A stretch of DNA of 64,000 nt, taken from positions 14,633 to 78,632 of the forward strand of contig JBEIQD010000002.1 of NCBI GenBank assembly GCA_040376695.1. The letters are read 5' to 3'. This stretch comes from Candidatus Nomurabacteria bacterium. Its GTDB lineage: Bacteria; Patescibacteriota; Minisyncoccia; Phycocordibacterales; UBA5272. The position numbers and the translations under genes are program-made. The notes beneath the pieces were generated by a model. The model was not told the DNA's origin. It worked only from the letters and a program-made list of their open reading frames with translations, and made no database searches. This document shows, one piece after another, positions 9,259 through 18,365 of the stretch (the stretch's first letter is position 1; every line of letters begins with the position of its first letter).

Positions 9259-10245
9259 CTATCTGATTACTAATCGCACCTTTTCAGCGATATGCTTCGC
9301 TGTCAGCCCATACTCCTCATATAATTCTTTCGGCTTTCCTGATTGACCAAATCTATCCTCTACACCAACACGAGCAATACGAATTGGGTGATGTTCACTC
9401 AAAAATTCTGAAACTGCGCCTCCTAACCCTCCTGCAATTTGAGCTTCTTCTACAGTAACAATAGCCTTCACATCTTTTGCAAAACGAAGGAGAAATGCAC
9501 CGTCGAGTGGTTTTACTTGTGGCATATTTACAACCGTTACCCCTATGTTTTCTTTTTCTAATTCCTTTGCAGCAAGAAGGGCTTCGTATATAACGGGGCC
9601 GCAAGCAATAATTCCTACTGAGTGCATAAAATCACCTCCGTGCTTATGTCGCGGAAATGACATGATATACGCCTTGCCACCATTCCATTCATATTCGTCA
9701 GAAAGAATGAGTGGAGTCTTTTCACGAGTAAGGCGGAGGTATGAAGGATTTGTTGTTTTTGCAACATGCTCCGTAACAGCTGCCGCTTCAATTGCATCAC
9801 ACGGAACGAATACTTCCATATTTGGAACCATGCGCATAAGAGCAATGTCTTCTAACGCTTGATGGGTTGCTCCGTCTGGCCCAACAGACAACCCAGTATG
9901 AGCTCCTACTATTTTTACTGGCACATTGTTATATGCAATAGTTGTACGAATTTGTTCCCAATTTCTTCCAGGAGAAAACATAGCGTAGGACGCCATAAAA
10001 GGAATATATCCCATCGCAGCCATACCACTCGCGACACCTGACATGGCTTGCTCTGTAATACCTACTTCGAAAAACCTATTCGGATACTTTGCGCGAAATG
10101 CTTCCATTCGAACACTCTCTGTTAAATCAGCACATAGAGCAACGACTTTTGAATTATCATCTGCTGCTTGTATAAGCCCATCACTAAAACCGTCTCGTGT
10201 AGCTCGCTCTTCTTCTTTAACTGTAAATAATGTTTTTCGTAACAT
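9259..10245 (-). CDS. Transketolase, C-terminal subunit
   Basis: Pyrimidine-binding and C-terminal transketolase domains. Paired with the N-terminal subunit gene 5 nt upstream (split tkt). Confidence 0.85.
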   Translation of the reverse strand: MLRKTLFTVKEEERATRDGFSDGLIQAADDNSKVVALCADLTESVRMEAFRAKYPNRFFEVGITEQAMSGVASGMAAMGYIPFMASYAMFSPGRNWEQIRTTIAYNNVPVKIVGAHTGLSVGPDGATHQALEDIALMRMVPNMEVFVPCDAIEAAAVTEHVAKTTNPSYLRLTREKTPLILSDEYEWNGGKAYIMSFPRHKHGGDFMHSVGIIACGPVIYEALLAAKELEKENIGVTVVNMPQVKPLDGAFLLRFAKDVKAIVTVEEAQIAGGLGGAVSEFLSEHHPIRIARVGVEDRFGQSGKPKELYEEYGLTAKHIAEKVRLVIR

Positions 10246-10250
10246 ACTGA

Positions 10251-11117
10251 TTAAGCTTCTCCATGAATTACCTTCCCTTTAAACGTGCGGAGCTCTTTCA
10301 AAGCCTTCTTCGCCTCTTCTTCATTCGGAGCTTTTCCGTGCCATCTAAAATCACCCTCAAATGCTGTAACACCTTTTCCGGGAATAGTGTGTGCAATAAT
10401 AACTGTTGGTTTATCCAATGAATTTTTTGCAGCTCCAACCGCTCGCATAATATCTCTAAAATCATGGCCATCAATTTCTATTACATGAAAATTAAAACTC
10501 TCTAGTTTATCCTTAAGAGATTCCAGCGGAAGAACATCTTCTGTGTATCCATCAATCTGAATAGTGTTACGGTCAATAATAGGAATTACTTTTGTTAATT
10601 TATATTTATTGAGAAGAAGCAAAGACTCCCATACTTGCCCTTCATTAATTTCACCATCTCCCATACAACAATAGAAATAGCGATTTGGTTTATGTCCTTC
10701 GAGGCGATCCATGAGCGCCATACCTATCGCCTGAGAAAGACCGCAACCAAGAGGTCCTGAAGTTGTTTCAAGTCCTGGTAGACTTTCACGATGTGGATGC
10801 CCTTGAAGTCGTGAACCGAACCTACGTAATGTTTTAAGTTCTGACACTGAGAAATATCCAGCATGAGCCATGGTTGCGTATAACACTGGAACAATGTGTC
10901 CATTTGAAAGGATTACCCTATCTCGTTGAACCCAATCTGGATGACGTGGATTATGGTTAAGTATTCTGAAATAAAGCGCAGTAAAAATATCTGCCATACC
11001 AAGCGGTCCTGCTGTGTGCCCCGAACCCGCTTCAACAAGCATCTTTACGATACTTTCACGTATATCCTCTGCACGAAGTGTGAGTGCTTGAACTTCAACA
11101 TCAGTAAGAGAATGCAT
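10251..11117 (-). CDS. Transketolase, N-terminal (TPP-binding) subunit
   Basis: GSGHTAGPLGMADIFTALYF, CMGDGEINEGQVWES. Confidence 0.85.
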   Translation of the reverse strand: MHSLTDVEVQALTLRAEDIRESIVKMLVEAGSGHTAGPLGMADIFTALYFRILNHNPRHPDWVQRDRVILSNGHIVPVLYATMAHAGYFSVSELKTLRRFGSRLQGHPHRESLPGLETTSGPLGCGLSQAIGMALMDRLEGHKPNRYFYCCMGDGEINEGQVWESLLLLNKYKLTKVIPIIDRNTIQIDGYTEDVLPLESLKDKLESFNFHVIEIDGHDFRDIMRAVGAAKNSLDKPTVIIAHTIPGKGVTAFEGDFRWHGKAPNEEEAKKALKELRTFKGKVIHGEA

Positions 11118-11172
11118 GCACTTAGTTTACAGGTAATAAGAAATACTTGATAGTGGAATACTACCTAAAAAC

Positions 11173-11841
11173 TTAACAAGCTGAATCAAGACTAATTTCC
11201 TCTAATCGTTTCATTGCCTCCCCAACATCTGCTCCACTAAAGATGTATGAACCTACAACCACCGTTTCTGCTCCAGCATCCACAACTGCTTTTACTGTTT
11301 CAAGTTTCATTCCGCCGTCTACTTGTATCTTCAAATCTCCGAATGTTTGCTTGAGCGTCTTTACACGCATCACACATTCTTCATCAAAAAATTGTCCTTG
11401 TTCTCCTATATGACGAATACCCATTACCTGAATAAAAATATCAGGGTAGAGAGCGCGTATTTTACGAATCATATCCGCATGAAATTCAAGTGATTTATCA
11501 TTAGACACCGAAACACCAAGGGTTGTAGAGCGAGGCCCAACAATAGAAATAAGTGTTTGTATATCTTCGTCGGTAAACAAATCAACATGAGCAACAACAC
11601 GCTTCGCGCCAATGGTAATTGCGTGCATAGTAGAAAGCTTCCAATCTTCCAACATAATGTCGAACTCATACGTAAACCCCGCAGGCAGTGTCTCTGTACC
11701 TTGTGGTAACCATGTTTTTTCTCGTCCAAAAATTCCGTCACACAAATCAATCTGTACGGATGTTGCTAGATTTTCAATACGAGAAAGTTTCTCAGTTACT
11801 TCTTCAAAACTATGTGGGAGAATTGCTGGGACGATATTCAT
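11173..11841 (-). CDS. rpe: Ribulose-phosphate 3-epimerase
   Basis: IVPAILPHSF...IQVDGGMKLETVKAVVDAGAETVVVGSYIF; TIM-barrel epimerase pattern. Confidence 0.75.
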   Translation of the reverse strand: MNIVPAILPHSFEEVTEKLSRIENLATSVQIDLCDGIFGREKTWLPQGTETLPAGFTYEFDIMLEDWKLSTMHAITIGAKRVVAHVDLFTDEDIQTLISIVGPRSTTLGVSVSNDKSLEFHADMIRKIRALYPDIFIQVMGIRHIGEQGQFFDEECVMRVKTLKQTFGDLKIQVDGGMKLETVKAVVDAGAETVVVGSYIFSGADVGEAMKRLEEISLDSAC

Positions 11842-11847
11842 ATAGAT

Positions 11848-12312
11848 TTACTTAGTTACCTCATCAATCTGAATTACTCGATCAGCGTGACGCTCATCGT
11901 GCGAGAAAAGTGTCGTGAGGAAAAGATCTACTGCTTGCTTAGCTTCATTCTCTGAAACAAAACGAGCACCGAGAGAAAGAACATTTGTATCATTATGTTC
12001 GCGTGACACTTTAATGACATCGAGCGGTCCTCCAGCATAGACAACAGCACGAACGTGAGCGTAGCGATTAGCGACGATTGCTTCCCCCACTCCAGACCCT
12101 CCGAAAATAACAGCGACCGAAGGGTCGTGCATTGAGTCATACTGAACTTTCTCGGCCGCTCGTGCCATATACTCTGGATAATTGTCCCCTGGTTCTAAAG
12201 TGAGCGCTCCGCAATCATATACTTCATAACTCTCATTAGTTTCAAGATATGCTTTAATTGCTTCCTTTAATTCATACCCTGCATGGTCTGTGGCCAAATA
12301 GATAGTTGTCAT
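11848..12312 (-). CDS. rpiB: Ribose-5-phosphate isomerase B
   Basis: MTTIYLATDHAGYELKEAI; 154 aa. Confidence 0.85.
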   Translation of the reverse strand: MTTIYLATDHAGYELKEAIKAYLETNESYEVYDCGALTLEPGDNYPEYMARAAEKVQYDSMHDPSVAVIFGGSGVGEAIVANRYAHVRAVVYAGGPLDVIKVSREHNDTNVLSLGARFVSENEAKQAVDLFLTTLFSHDERHADRVIQIDEVTK

Positions 12313-12333
12313 ATATGTACAGTGTACCCTCTT

Positions 12334-13395
12334 TTACTTAGGTGTGGAAATAGCCTTCCCCGCTTTACTCACATGCTCAACAAGTGTATGAGTGTACCCC
12401 ATTTCATTGTCATACCAAGCAAGAACCTTAACAAGGTTACCGCCGACCACACGAGTCATTTTAAGATCAGCGATGGAGGCGAACGGAAGACCGATAATAT
12501 CACTTGAAACGAGCTCTTCTTCTGTGGCTTGGAAAATAGAAGACCATCGTTCAGTTGCTGCAGCGTTTTGTAGAATCTTGTTAACTTCTTCAGTTGTTGT
12601 TGGTCGCTTTGAGATAAATGTAATATCTGCAATAGAACCAGCGGGAGTTGGTACACGAATTGAAATACCGTCAAAGAGTCCAACTAATGATGTGAAAGCT
12701 TTTGTTACTGCGATGGCAGCTCCGGTTGAAGACGGTACAATGTTCTGTGCCGCCGCTCGTCCTTCACGAAAATCTTTTTTGTTCGGTCCATCCACGATTG
12801 ATTGTGACGCAGTGTATGAGTGTACAGTATTTAAAATCGCTTTCTCGATACCAAGAGCCTCATCAAGAATTGCAATGATCGGAGAAGAAGCATTTGTTGT
12901 GCACGATGCATTTGAAGTAACAGAACATGTTCCGAATTTTTCTTCATTAACCCCAAGAAGAATTGTTTCTCCTTTAACACTTTCGTCTTCCCCTGCTTTT
13001 GCTGGAGCAGAGATAACAACTGCTTTTGCTCCACCTTTTAGATGAGCAGAAGCTTTATCGTATGCTGTAAATAGTCCAGTTGATTCAACCACAACATCTA
13101 CATCAAGCGTTCCCCACGGAATTGCGGCAGGATCTTTTTCCTGAAACACTCGCACACGTGATTCAAATGAGCCTCCAGTAGTCAGGTATTGTTCAGTATC
13201 ATGAATCTCTGCCTGCACATCATAAGGAGCAACTTTATACACCGTGTCGTATTGAAGAAGATATGCAAGATTATGAATGTCTCCTAAATCGTTTACCGCC
13301 ACAACCTCCATATCATCACGCAACGCTGCAACTTTAAAGAAAGCACGGCCAATACGCCCAAATCCATTAATACCAACACGAAGTTTTTTATCCAT
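12334..13395 (-). CDS. gap: Glyceraldehyde-3-phosphate dehydrogenase
   Basis: VGINGFGRIGR and SCTTNA active-site motif. TATACT 8 nt before the ATG (leaderless). Confidence 0.9.
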   Translation of the reverse strand: MDKKLRVGINGFGRIGRAFFKVAALRDDMEVVAVNDLGDIHNLAYLLQYDTVYKVAPYDVQAEIHDTEQYLTTGGSFESRVRVFQEKDPAAIPWGTLDVDVVVESTGLFTAYDKASAHLKGGAKAVVISAPAKAGEDESVKGETILLGVNEEKFGTCSVTSNASCTTNASSPIIAILDEALGIEKAILNTVHSYTASQSIVDGPNKKDFREGRAAAQNIVPSSTGAAIAVTKAFTSLVGLFDGISIRVPTPAGSIADITFISKRPTTTEEVNKILQNAAATERWSSIFQATEEELVSSDIIGLPFASIADLKMTRVVGGNLVKVLAWYDNEMGYTHTLVEHVSKAGKAISTPK

Positions 13396-13443
13396 GCTTT
13401 AAAGTATAACCTGTTTTAGAAAAATGCTCTGGGGAATACAAAT

Positions 13444-13474
13444 AAAAACACCGCACATTTGTACGGTGTTTTTA
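13444..13474 (-). terminator. Terminator downstream of tRNA-Trp
   Basis: aaaaACACCGcacatttgtaCGGTGTtttt. Confidence 0.5.
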
Positions 13475-13480
13475 TTTCAG

Positions 13481-13551
13481 CGGGCCCACAAGGAATCGAA
13501 CCTTGACCAATGGTTTTGGAGACCATTATTCTACCACTAAACTATAGGCCC
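13481..13551 (-). tRNA. tRNA-Trp (anticodon CCA)
   Basis: Reverse complement GGGCCTATAGTTTAGTGGTAGAATAATGGTCTCCAAAACCATTGGTCAAGGTTCGATTCCTTGTGGGCCCG. Cloverleaf with anticodon loop CTCCAAA. 3' CCA not encoded. Confidence 0.85.
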
Positions 13552-13712
13552 AAAGACACGCGAGTGGATCAGAACTACCCTCCTTTCCCCAGCTCGCGGC
13601 GCAGTTACGCAAGGGTCCTATTTCAACGTCGGCTCCATGCCACCCAGAAGCAACACTTCAAAGCCTCAGACCTATCCTACGCATGCCTAACCATCGCCAC
13701 GCCATAATAACA
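13552..13712 (-). other. GC-rich, hairpin-dense spacer between rpmG and tRNA-Trp (possible structured RNA)
   Basis: About 55% GC in an AT-rich genome with no credible ORF. Contains the CGCGAG...CTCGCG stem and other hairpins. Identity unresolved. Confidence 0.25.
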
Positions 13713-13741
13713 AAAAATCACTGTTTTGGACAGTGATTTTT
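13713..13741 (-). terminator. Hairpin terminator after rpmG
   Basis: aaaaaTCACTGttttggaCAGTGAtttt. Confidence 0.45.
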
Positions 13742-13749
13742 GAGAACTA

Positions 13750-13911
13750 CTACTTCTTTGTTTCCTTGAAAGTAATGTGCTTACGAAGTTTCTTTGAATA
13801 CTTCTTAAGTTCAATCTTTCGAGTAACAAGCTTCTTGTTCTTTGAAGTCCAGTAGACTTCGCCTGTTTCCTTGTTTTTTAATTGGATGAGATTATCCTGT
13901 CCTTTTGCCAT
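13750..13911 (-). CDS. rpmG: 50S ribosomal protein L33
   Basis: MAKGQDNLIQLKNKETGEVYWTSKNKKLVTRKIELKKYSKKLRKHITFKETKK, 53 aa. The longer ORF-track call 13750..14391 is an unsupported N-extension. Confidence 0.85.
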   Translation of the reverse strand: MAKGQDNLIQLKNKETGEVYWTSKNKKLVTRKIELKKYSKKLRKHITFKETKK

Positions 13912-14080
13912 AGTTTTGAAATAATACCTTATTTTAGCTAAATATGCAAGACATTTTATGGAAAAGGCTACCATATCTATATCATTGACAATATACAACA
14001 AAAGTTGTAGGATGCGAAACAGGTGTTGTTTAACAACAAACAAGTAAATAGGTCTCATAATTTTCAAGAAAGGAAGTGAT

Positions 14081-14959
14081 ATGGCGACAGAAACACGGTC
14101 TATAGGACCTGCAGCTAAAGACTTCATGCAAGCTGCACGAGCGCAAGCGGGAGGCCCTCCACCACCTGCCCCCAAAACACCACCTGCTTCATCTGGCAAC
14201 AGCGGAACAGGAGACGGTAACTCTGGCTCATCCGGAGGAACTGGTGGCGGGGGTGGAAAGAGTGGCGGGGGCGGTGAAAACCATCCTCCAAACCATGGAA
14301 AAAGTTCACAAGCCTCTGATGGCTTTAACCTGAAAATGGATGCTCGGCGATGGATTATTTTGCTCTTCATGGCCATTACCTCAGGCTGCATTGTGTACTA
14401 CACCATGTGGCGCACAACTCCTGCAGGGCAAAAAGTTCAAGCTCAAGAAAACAGCCTCGATGAACAGCGGATCAAACTTGCTCGAGACAAAGAACAAGTG
14501 AAGATGATGAGAATTGCAGCAAAAAGCGGTGCAAAGATGCCTGCGGTATCAAATGGGGCGTCAACATGTTTAACCCTCGCCGACTCTGCTGGAATTTCCC
14601 GCTCTACAGCCTTTGAGCTTTCCTTCGGACAGTGTGCCTCGTTTACAGCAACTGGAGCGCGGCAAACTTTTTGGGTTAACCTCAACAGCGCACCCAAAGA
14701 AATCAACGGCAAGGCGTCTTTCAACAACTTGCGCGAAGAACGAGCCGACGAGAAAATAGCCCGAAAGGAAAGGTGTCTCGCAAAAACCAATGACGCTGAA
14801 TTCTGTGAGAAGGAAATGCAAAGACAGCGAGGTGTACGCCTCGATGAAGGTTGTATTACCCAATCATCCCCTGACCTGTGTCTCGGTTACCTCAAAAACC
14901 GAACCAGCACCCCGCTCATCGTTCACACCGATGAGAGTATCAACATTGTCATGAACTGA
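14081..14959 (+). CDS. Hypothetical secreted or membrane protein with Gly/Pro-rich N-terminal region and Cys-rich C-terminal domain
   Basis: SD aaAGGAAGtgat. Low-complexity GGPPPPAPKTPP...GGTGGGGGKSGGGG, one TM helix, about 10 Cys in the C-terminal half. Local GC about 55%. Confidence 0.5.
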   Translation: MATETRSIGPAAKDFMQAARAQAGGPPPPAPKTPPASSGNSGTGDGNSGSSGGTGGGGGKSGGGGENHPPNHGKSSQASDGFNLKMDARRWIILLFMAITSGCIVYYTMWRTTPAGQKVQAQENSLDEQRIKLARDKEQVKMMRIAAKSGAKMPAVSNGASTCLTLADSAGISRSTAFELSFGQCASFTATGARQTFWVNLNSAPKEINGKASFNNLREERADEKIARKERCLAKTNDAEFCEKEMQRQRGVRLDEGCITQSSPDLCLGYLKNRTSTPLIVHTDESINIVMN

Positions 14960-14970
14960 AGGAGAAATCT

Positions 14971-15234
14971 ATGAGCGCACCCGAAGAAAAGAAAAAGATT
15001 ACTGCTGGCGAAATTTTTGGCTACGCTGTCCTAGGTGGACTCGGTGTCGGCCTCGGCTTTTACCTGTTGGCACTGTTCTTTGGTATGGGAGTCGAAGCGA
15101 TCGGTGTCGCCAAGCGCCGCTACCCTGAAATCATCATGGGGTTGATCATGCTTGTGTTGCTCGCAGCCTTTATGGGCGGCGGTGGCAAAAAAGCAGAAGG
15201 TGGTGGCGACAAAAAAGCAGACGCCAAGCACTGA
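14971..15234 (+). CDS. Small membrane protein (2 TM)
   Basis: SD GAAGGAGaaatct. 87 aa. GC-rich like the preceding gene. Confidence 0.45.
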   Translation: MSAPEEKKKITAGEIFGYAVLGGLGVGLGFYLLALFFGMGVEAIGVAKRRYPEIIMGLIMLVLLAAFMGGGGKKAEGGGDKKADAKH

Positions 15235-15271
15235 AAACTTGTTTCGAAATCGTGATTAACAATCACACACA

Positions 15272-15366
15272 CGAAGGTTATTCTAAATCTCGTGTACAAA
15301 ATGGTGTTTCGCAATCTGCGAAGCACTTTACTGTACACGCAGAGACGGAATAGCCTTCGTTTTTTT
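15272..15366 (+). terminator. Three-tier nested hairpin followed by T7 run
   Basis: Outer stem CGAAGGTTATTC/GAATAGCCTTCG, middle CGTGTACA/TGTACACG, inner TTCGCA/TGCGAA, then ttttttt. Confidence 0.4.
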
Positions 15367-15380
15367 ATACCCAATTGATA

Positions 15381-16772
15381 CTAAGAAAGCTTTGTTGAAA
15401 AGTAAGAAACTAAATCAGCTACTGGAATACGTACTTGTTCCATGGTGTCTCTATCGCGTACCGTTACAGCATTATCAGCAAGCGTTTCAAAATCAACAGT
15501 CACACAAAATGGTGTGCCAATTTCATCCTGACGACGATATCGCTTTCCAATTGACTGAGTTTCATCGTACGATACTCGTGCGATTTTTTTAAGATCTTTA
15601 GCAATTTTTTCTGCAGGAATTGAAAGCTCATCTTTTTTAGAAAGTGGAAGCACTGCAATCTGGATTGGAGCAACTGTTGGATTAAAACGAAGTACTGTTC
15701 TAATTTCCCCATCAATCTCCTCTTCACTATACGCAGATGAAAGAACGGCAAGAAAGGTTCTCTCGATTCCAATAGACGGCTCAATACAGTGTGGAATAAA
15801 TCGCTCTTTTGTTTCCTCATCAAAATAAGAAAGGTCAGTTTTACTGTATTCACTGTGCGCCTTCAAGTCAAAGTCTGTGCGGTAAGCTAATCCCGCAAGT
15901 TCTTTTTGCCCCATAGGAAAATCAAATTCAAAATCAATTGTGCGCTTGCTGTAGTGAGCCCTGTCTCCATCACCAATTTCCACTTCATGTATTTTTGATT
16001 CTGGTAACCCGATAGAAATCATCCACGCAAGGAACTCGGTACGAAGATGTTCAAATCTTTCTTCCCACCTAGAAGGGTGACAAAAATATTCAATCTCCAT
16101 CTGTCCAAGTTCTCGTAGACGGAAAATAAAATCTCGTGGGGCAATTTCATTGCGGAATGCTTTTCCTATCTGAGCGAGCCCAAACGGAAGTTTCGGATGG
16201 AAACTATCAACAACATTTTTAAAATTAACAAACATACCGCCTGCTGTTTCAGGACGTAAATAGGAAATTGATGTTGGGTCTTCAGTAGCTCCAACTTGGG
16301 TCTTGAACATCATATTAAACTGCCGCACTTCACCGATTTTCTTCAATATAGTCCCTTCTGAGTTTTTCAACATCCCAGCTAATGCCAATGTCTGAATTTT
16401 TGAATTAAGTTCCTCAAGATTCAAACCGAGAGTGCTGTGTCCACTTGCCTCAAGAAGATGGTCAGCTCGGTATCTTTTCTTTGTTTCAAGATCTTCAACC
16501 AATGGATCCGAAAACCCTCCAACGTGTCCACTTGCTTCCCATGCTCGTGGATTCATCAAAATGGCAGCGTCAATTCCGTACATATCATCTCGATTGGTGA
16601 CAAAATGATTCCACCAACTATTTTCAATATTCTTCTTGAGTAATACACCTAGTGGTCCATAATCAAATGTTCCAGCAAGTCCTCCGTAGATTTCAGATCC
16701 AGGAAAAATAAAACCTCTACGCTTACAAAGCGATACTATTTTCTCCATTGCATTCATGTCAGTTCCGTTCAT
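15381..16772 (-). CDS. glyQS: Glycine--tRNA ligase (dimeric class II type)
   Basis: 463 aa; MEKIVSLCKRRGFIFPGSEIYGGLAGTFDYGPLG. TGcTAGAAT 7 nt before the ATG. Confidence 0.9.
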   Translation of the reverse strand: MNGTDMNAMEKIVSLCKRRGFIFPGSEIYGGLAGTFDYGPLGVLLKKNIENSWWNHFVTNRDDMYGIDAAILMNPRAWEASGHVGGFSDPLVEDLETKKRYRADHLLEASGHSTLGLNLEELNSKIQTLALAGMLKNSEGTILKKIGEVRQFNMMFKTQVGATEDPTSISYLRPETAGGMFVNFKNVVDSFHPKLPFGLAQIGKAFRNEIAPRDFIFRLRELGQMEIEYFCHPSRWEERFEHLRTEFLAWMISIGLPESKIHEVEIGDGDRAHYSKRTIDFEFDFPMGQKELAGLAYRTDFDLKAHSEYSKTDLSYFDEETKERFIPHCIEPSIGIERTFLAVLSSAYSEEEIDGEIRTVLRFNPTVAPIQIAVLPLSKKDELSIPAEKIAKDLKKIARVSYDETQSIGKRYRRQDEIGTPFCVTVDFETLADNAVTVRDRDTMEQVRIPVADLVSYFSTKLS

Positions 16773-16800
16773 ATGTTGCTCATTCTAGCACACTGGCTTT

Positions 16801-17052
16801 TTATTTAAACATTCCACCAAGCGCGTTGTTTAAAGCACTCAATATCCCTCCAACTGAAAGAATAATAAATAGTCCAACCATTCCCCACAGAAGATGACTT
16901 CTTCCAAAGGTTTGTTTTTCTGGATTGTTAAGATCAAGAACGTATTTTGCTACACCGTAGAGAAAGTAGAGAATGGCGACACCAACAGCAGCTTGGTAGA
17001 GTGGGCTGAAGAGTTCTGTAACGACGTTTGATAAAATTTGTTCTCCAGACAT
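16801..17052 (-). CDS. Small two-helix membrane protein, TrbC/VirB2-like paralog 1
   Basis: Shares the TM1 - NPE loop - TM2 (W.....WGI / GG) architecture with the next three genes. Start uncertain; 17052, 17091 and 17106 are all possible. Confidence 0.35.
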   Translation of the reverse strand: MSGEQILSNVVTELFSPLYQAAVGVAILYFLYGVAKYVLDLNNPEKQTFGRSHLLWGMVGLFIILSVGGILSALNNALGGMFK

Positions 17053-17165
17053 AGATAATATGATTGTTTGTAATTGTATATAAGTATACATGAGTATATA
17101 TAACAAAACACCCTCTTTCGAGGATGTTTTGTTTGTACAAAGAAAATCTGTAAAAAGTTCTGAGA

Positions 17166-17564
17166 TTAATTAGGTCGCGGAACTCCTGGGATTGGAATAT
17201 TTCCACCTTGTCCAACTCCTACGATAGAACCGAGAAGTCCGATAATACCCCAGATAGAAACCATCACGAACAGTGCAAGAATAGAGTATCCCATGCCCTT
17301 CAAGTTTTGATTCTTGTTCTCTGGTGAAGGATTGAAGATAAACTTAATAAGGTAAAAGAAGAACGCGAGCACAGCAAGCGTAACTGCAAACGGCACAAGA
17401 CGACTCATGATTTCCTGAGCGAGTGCAAGCAATTGGAGGAGTGCTCCACCATTTACCTGACCCTGCTGTGTTCCGATTCCAATTGTAATTTGAGCAAATG
17501 CAAGTGAAACACTTGTTGCTGTAACACCCACCGCCACAGAAATTCTTTGTAAAGCTTTTTTCAT
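17166..17564 (-). CDS. TrbC/VirB2-like small membrane protein, paralog 2 (signal peptide plus two TM helices)
   Basis: MKKALQRISVAVGVTATSVSLAFA signal, then FFFYLIKFIFNPSPENKNQNLKGMGYSILALFVMVSIWGIIG. Confidence 0.45.
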   Translation of the reverse strand: MKKALQRISVAVGVTATSVSLAFAQITIGIGTQQGQVNGGALLQLLALAQEIMSRLVPFAVTLAVLAFFFYLIKFIFNPSPENKNQNLKGMGYSILALFVMVSIWGIIGLLGSIVGVGQGGNIPIPGVPRPN

Positions 17565-17631
17565 ATTATTTATTGTATATAGTAAAGTATAGCGCCCCCT
17601 AGCTCCTTTGCAAGGAGCGTATTAACACTGG

Positions 17632-18306
17632 TTAATACACAGCAGGTGCAAAACAGTTCCCGTTGGAATCCCTCACCTCATATTCGTTAGGACAAGGCTG
17701 TGGAGCACTACTATTTGCGTAGCACCCAAGTGTTCCCTCATCATTCCTAGAACAGGTTGCAGAACCACTCCATCCTGGAATGGTACATGCCTGATTTTCA
17801 ATACAAGCACCACTCCCACTCTGTGAAGGCGAAGTTGGAATAGGAGTTGAATTACCTCCTGTTGGCAATCCTTGAGAACCAGAATTAGTTGGCGCTTTGC
17901 CGTTACCTAACTCAATCTGAGGAATGATAATAGTATTTTGTCCCTGGATACCAAATATTCTTTGAGCGTAATTAACAATTCCCCATACTGAGAACATTAC
18001 AAACAATGAGACAAGTCCCCAAACCATGAAACTCTTACCTTTAGTCATTACCTCCGGCTTTCCGTCGCGTGACCCCCATATAAACTGTACGATACCGTAG
18101 AAGAATGCAACCATCGCCGCTGTTGCAAAGAGTGTTGCAAGTGAACGAACAATTGTTTGCGTAAACGTAGTAATGATTCCACTGAATGTCTTAAATCCGT
18201 TGTTTATCTGTGTGGCCCCATCCTGAGCAAATACGAGTGTAGGAATGGAAACAAAGCTAACAATACAAATAAAGAGAAGGATATGGAGATAAGGAATCTT
18301 TTTCAT
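17632..18306 (-). CDS. TrbC/VirB2-like membrane protein, paralog 3, with Cys-rich C-terminal tail
   Basis: Start at MKKIPYL (18306) with signal peptide. AFFYGIVQFIWGSRDGKPEVMTKGKSFMVWGLVSLFVMFSVWGIV. C-terminus Cys/Gly/Ser-rich. Confidence 0.45.
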   Translation of the reverse strand: MKKIPYLHILLFICIVSFVSIPTLVFAQDGATQINNGFKTFSGIITTFTQTIVRSLATLFATAAMVAFFYGIVQFIWGSRDGKPEVMTKGKSFMVWGLVSLFVMFSVWGIVNYAQRIFGIQGQNTIIIPQIELGNGKAPTNSGSQGLPTGGNSTPIPTSPSQSGSGACIENQACTIPGWSGSATCSRNDEGTLGCYANSSAPQPCPNEYEVRDSNGNCFAPAVY

Positions 18307-18365
18307 GGCTGCGTATAAGTTAATAGTGTGTATAGTGTATCTTACATATTTTCCACCCACAAGGA

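Noticed and set aside
13510-13707. 65 aa plus-strand ORF
   Set aside because: It overlaps tRNA-Trp and the structured spacer, and has no RBS.
13750-14391. 213 aa minus-strand ORF extending rpmG upstream through a Pro-rich region
   Set aside because: Only the last 53 aa match L33. The extension is antisense to the well-supported plus-strand gene 14081-14959 and is a translation artefact of GC-rich DNA.
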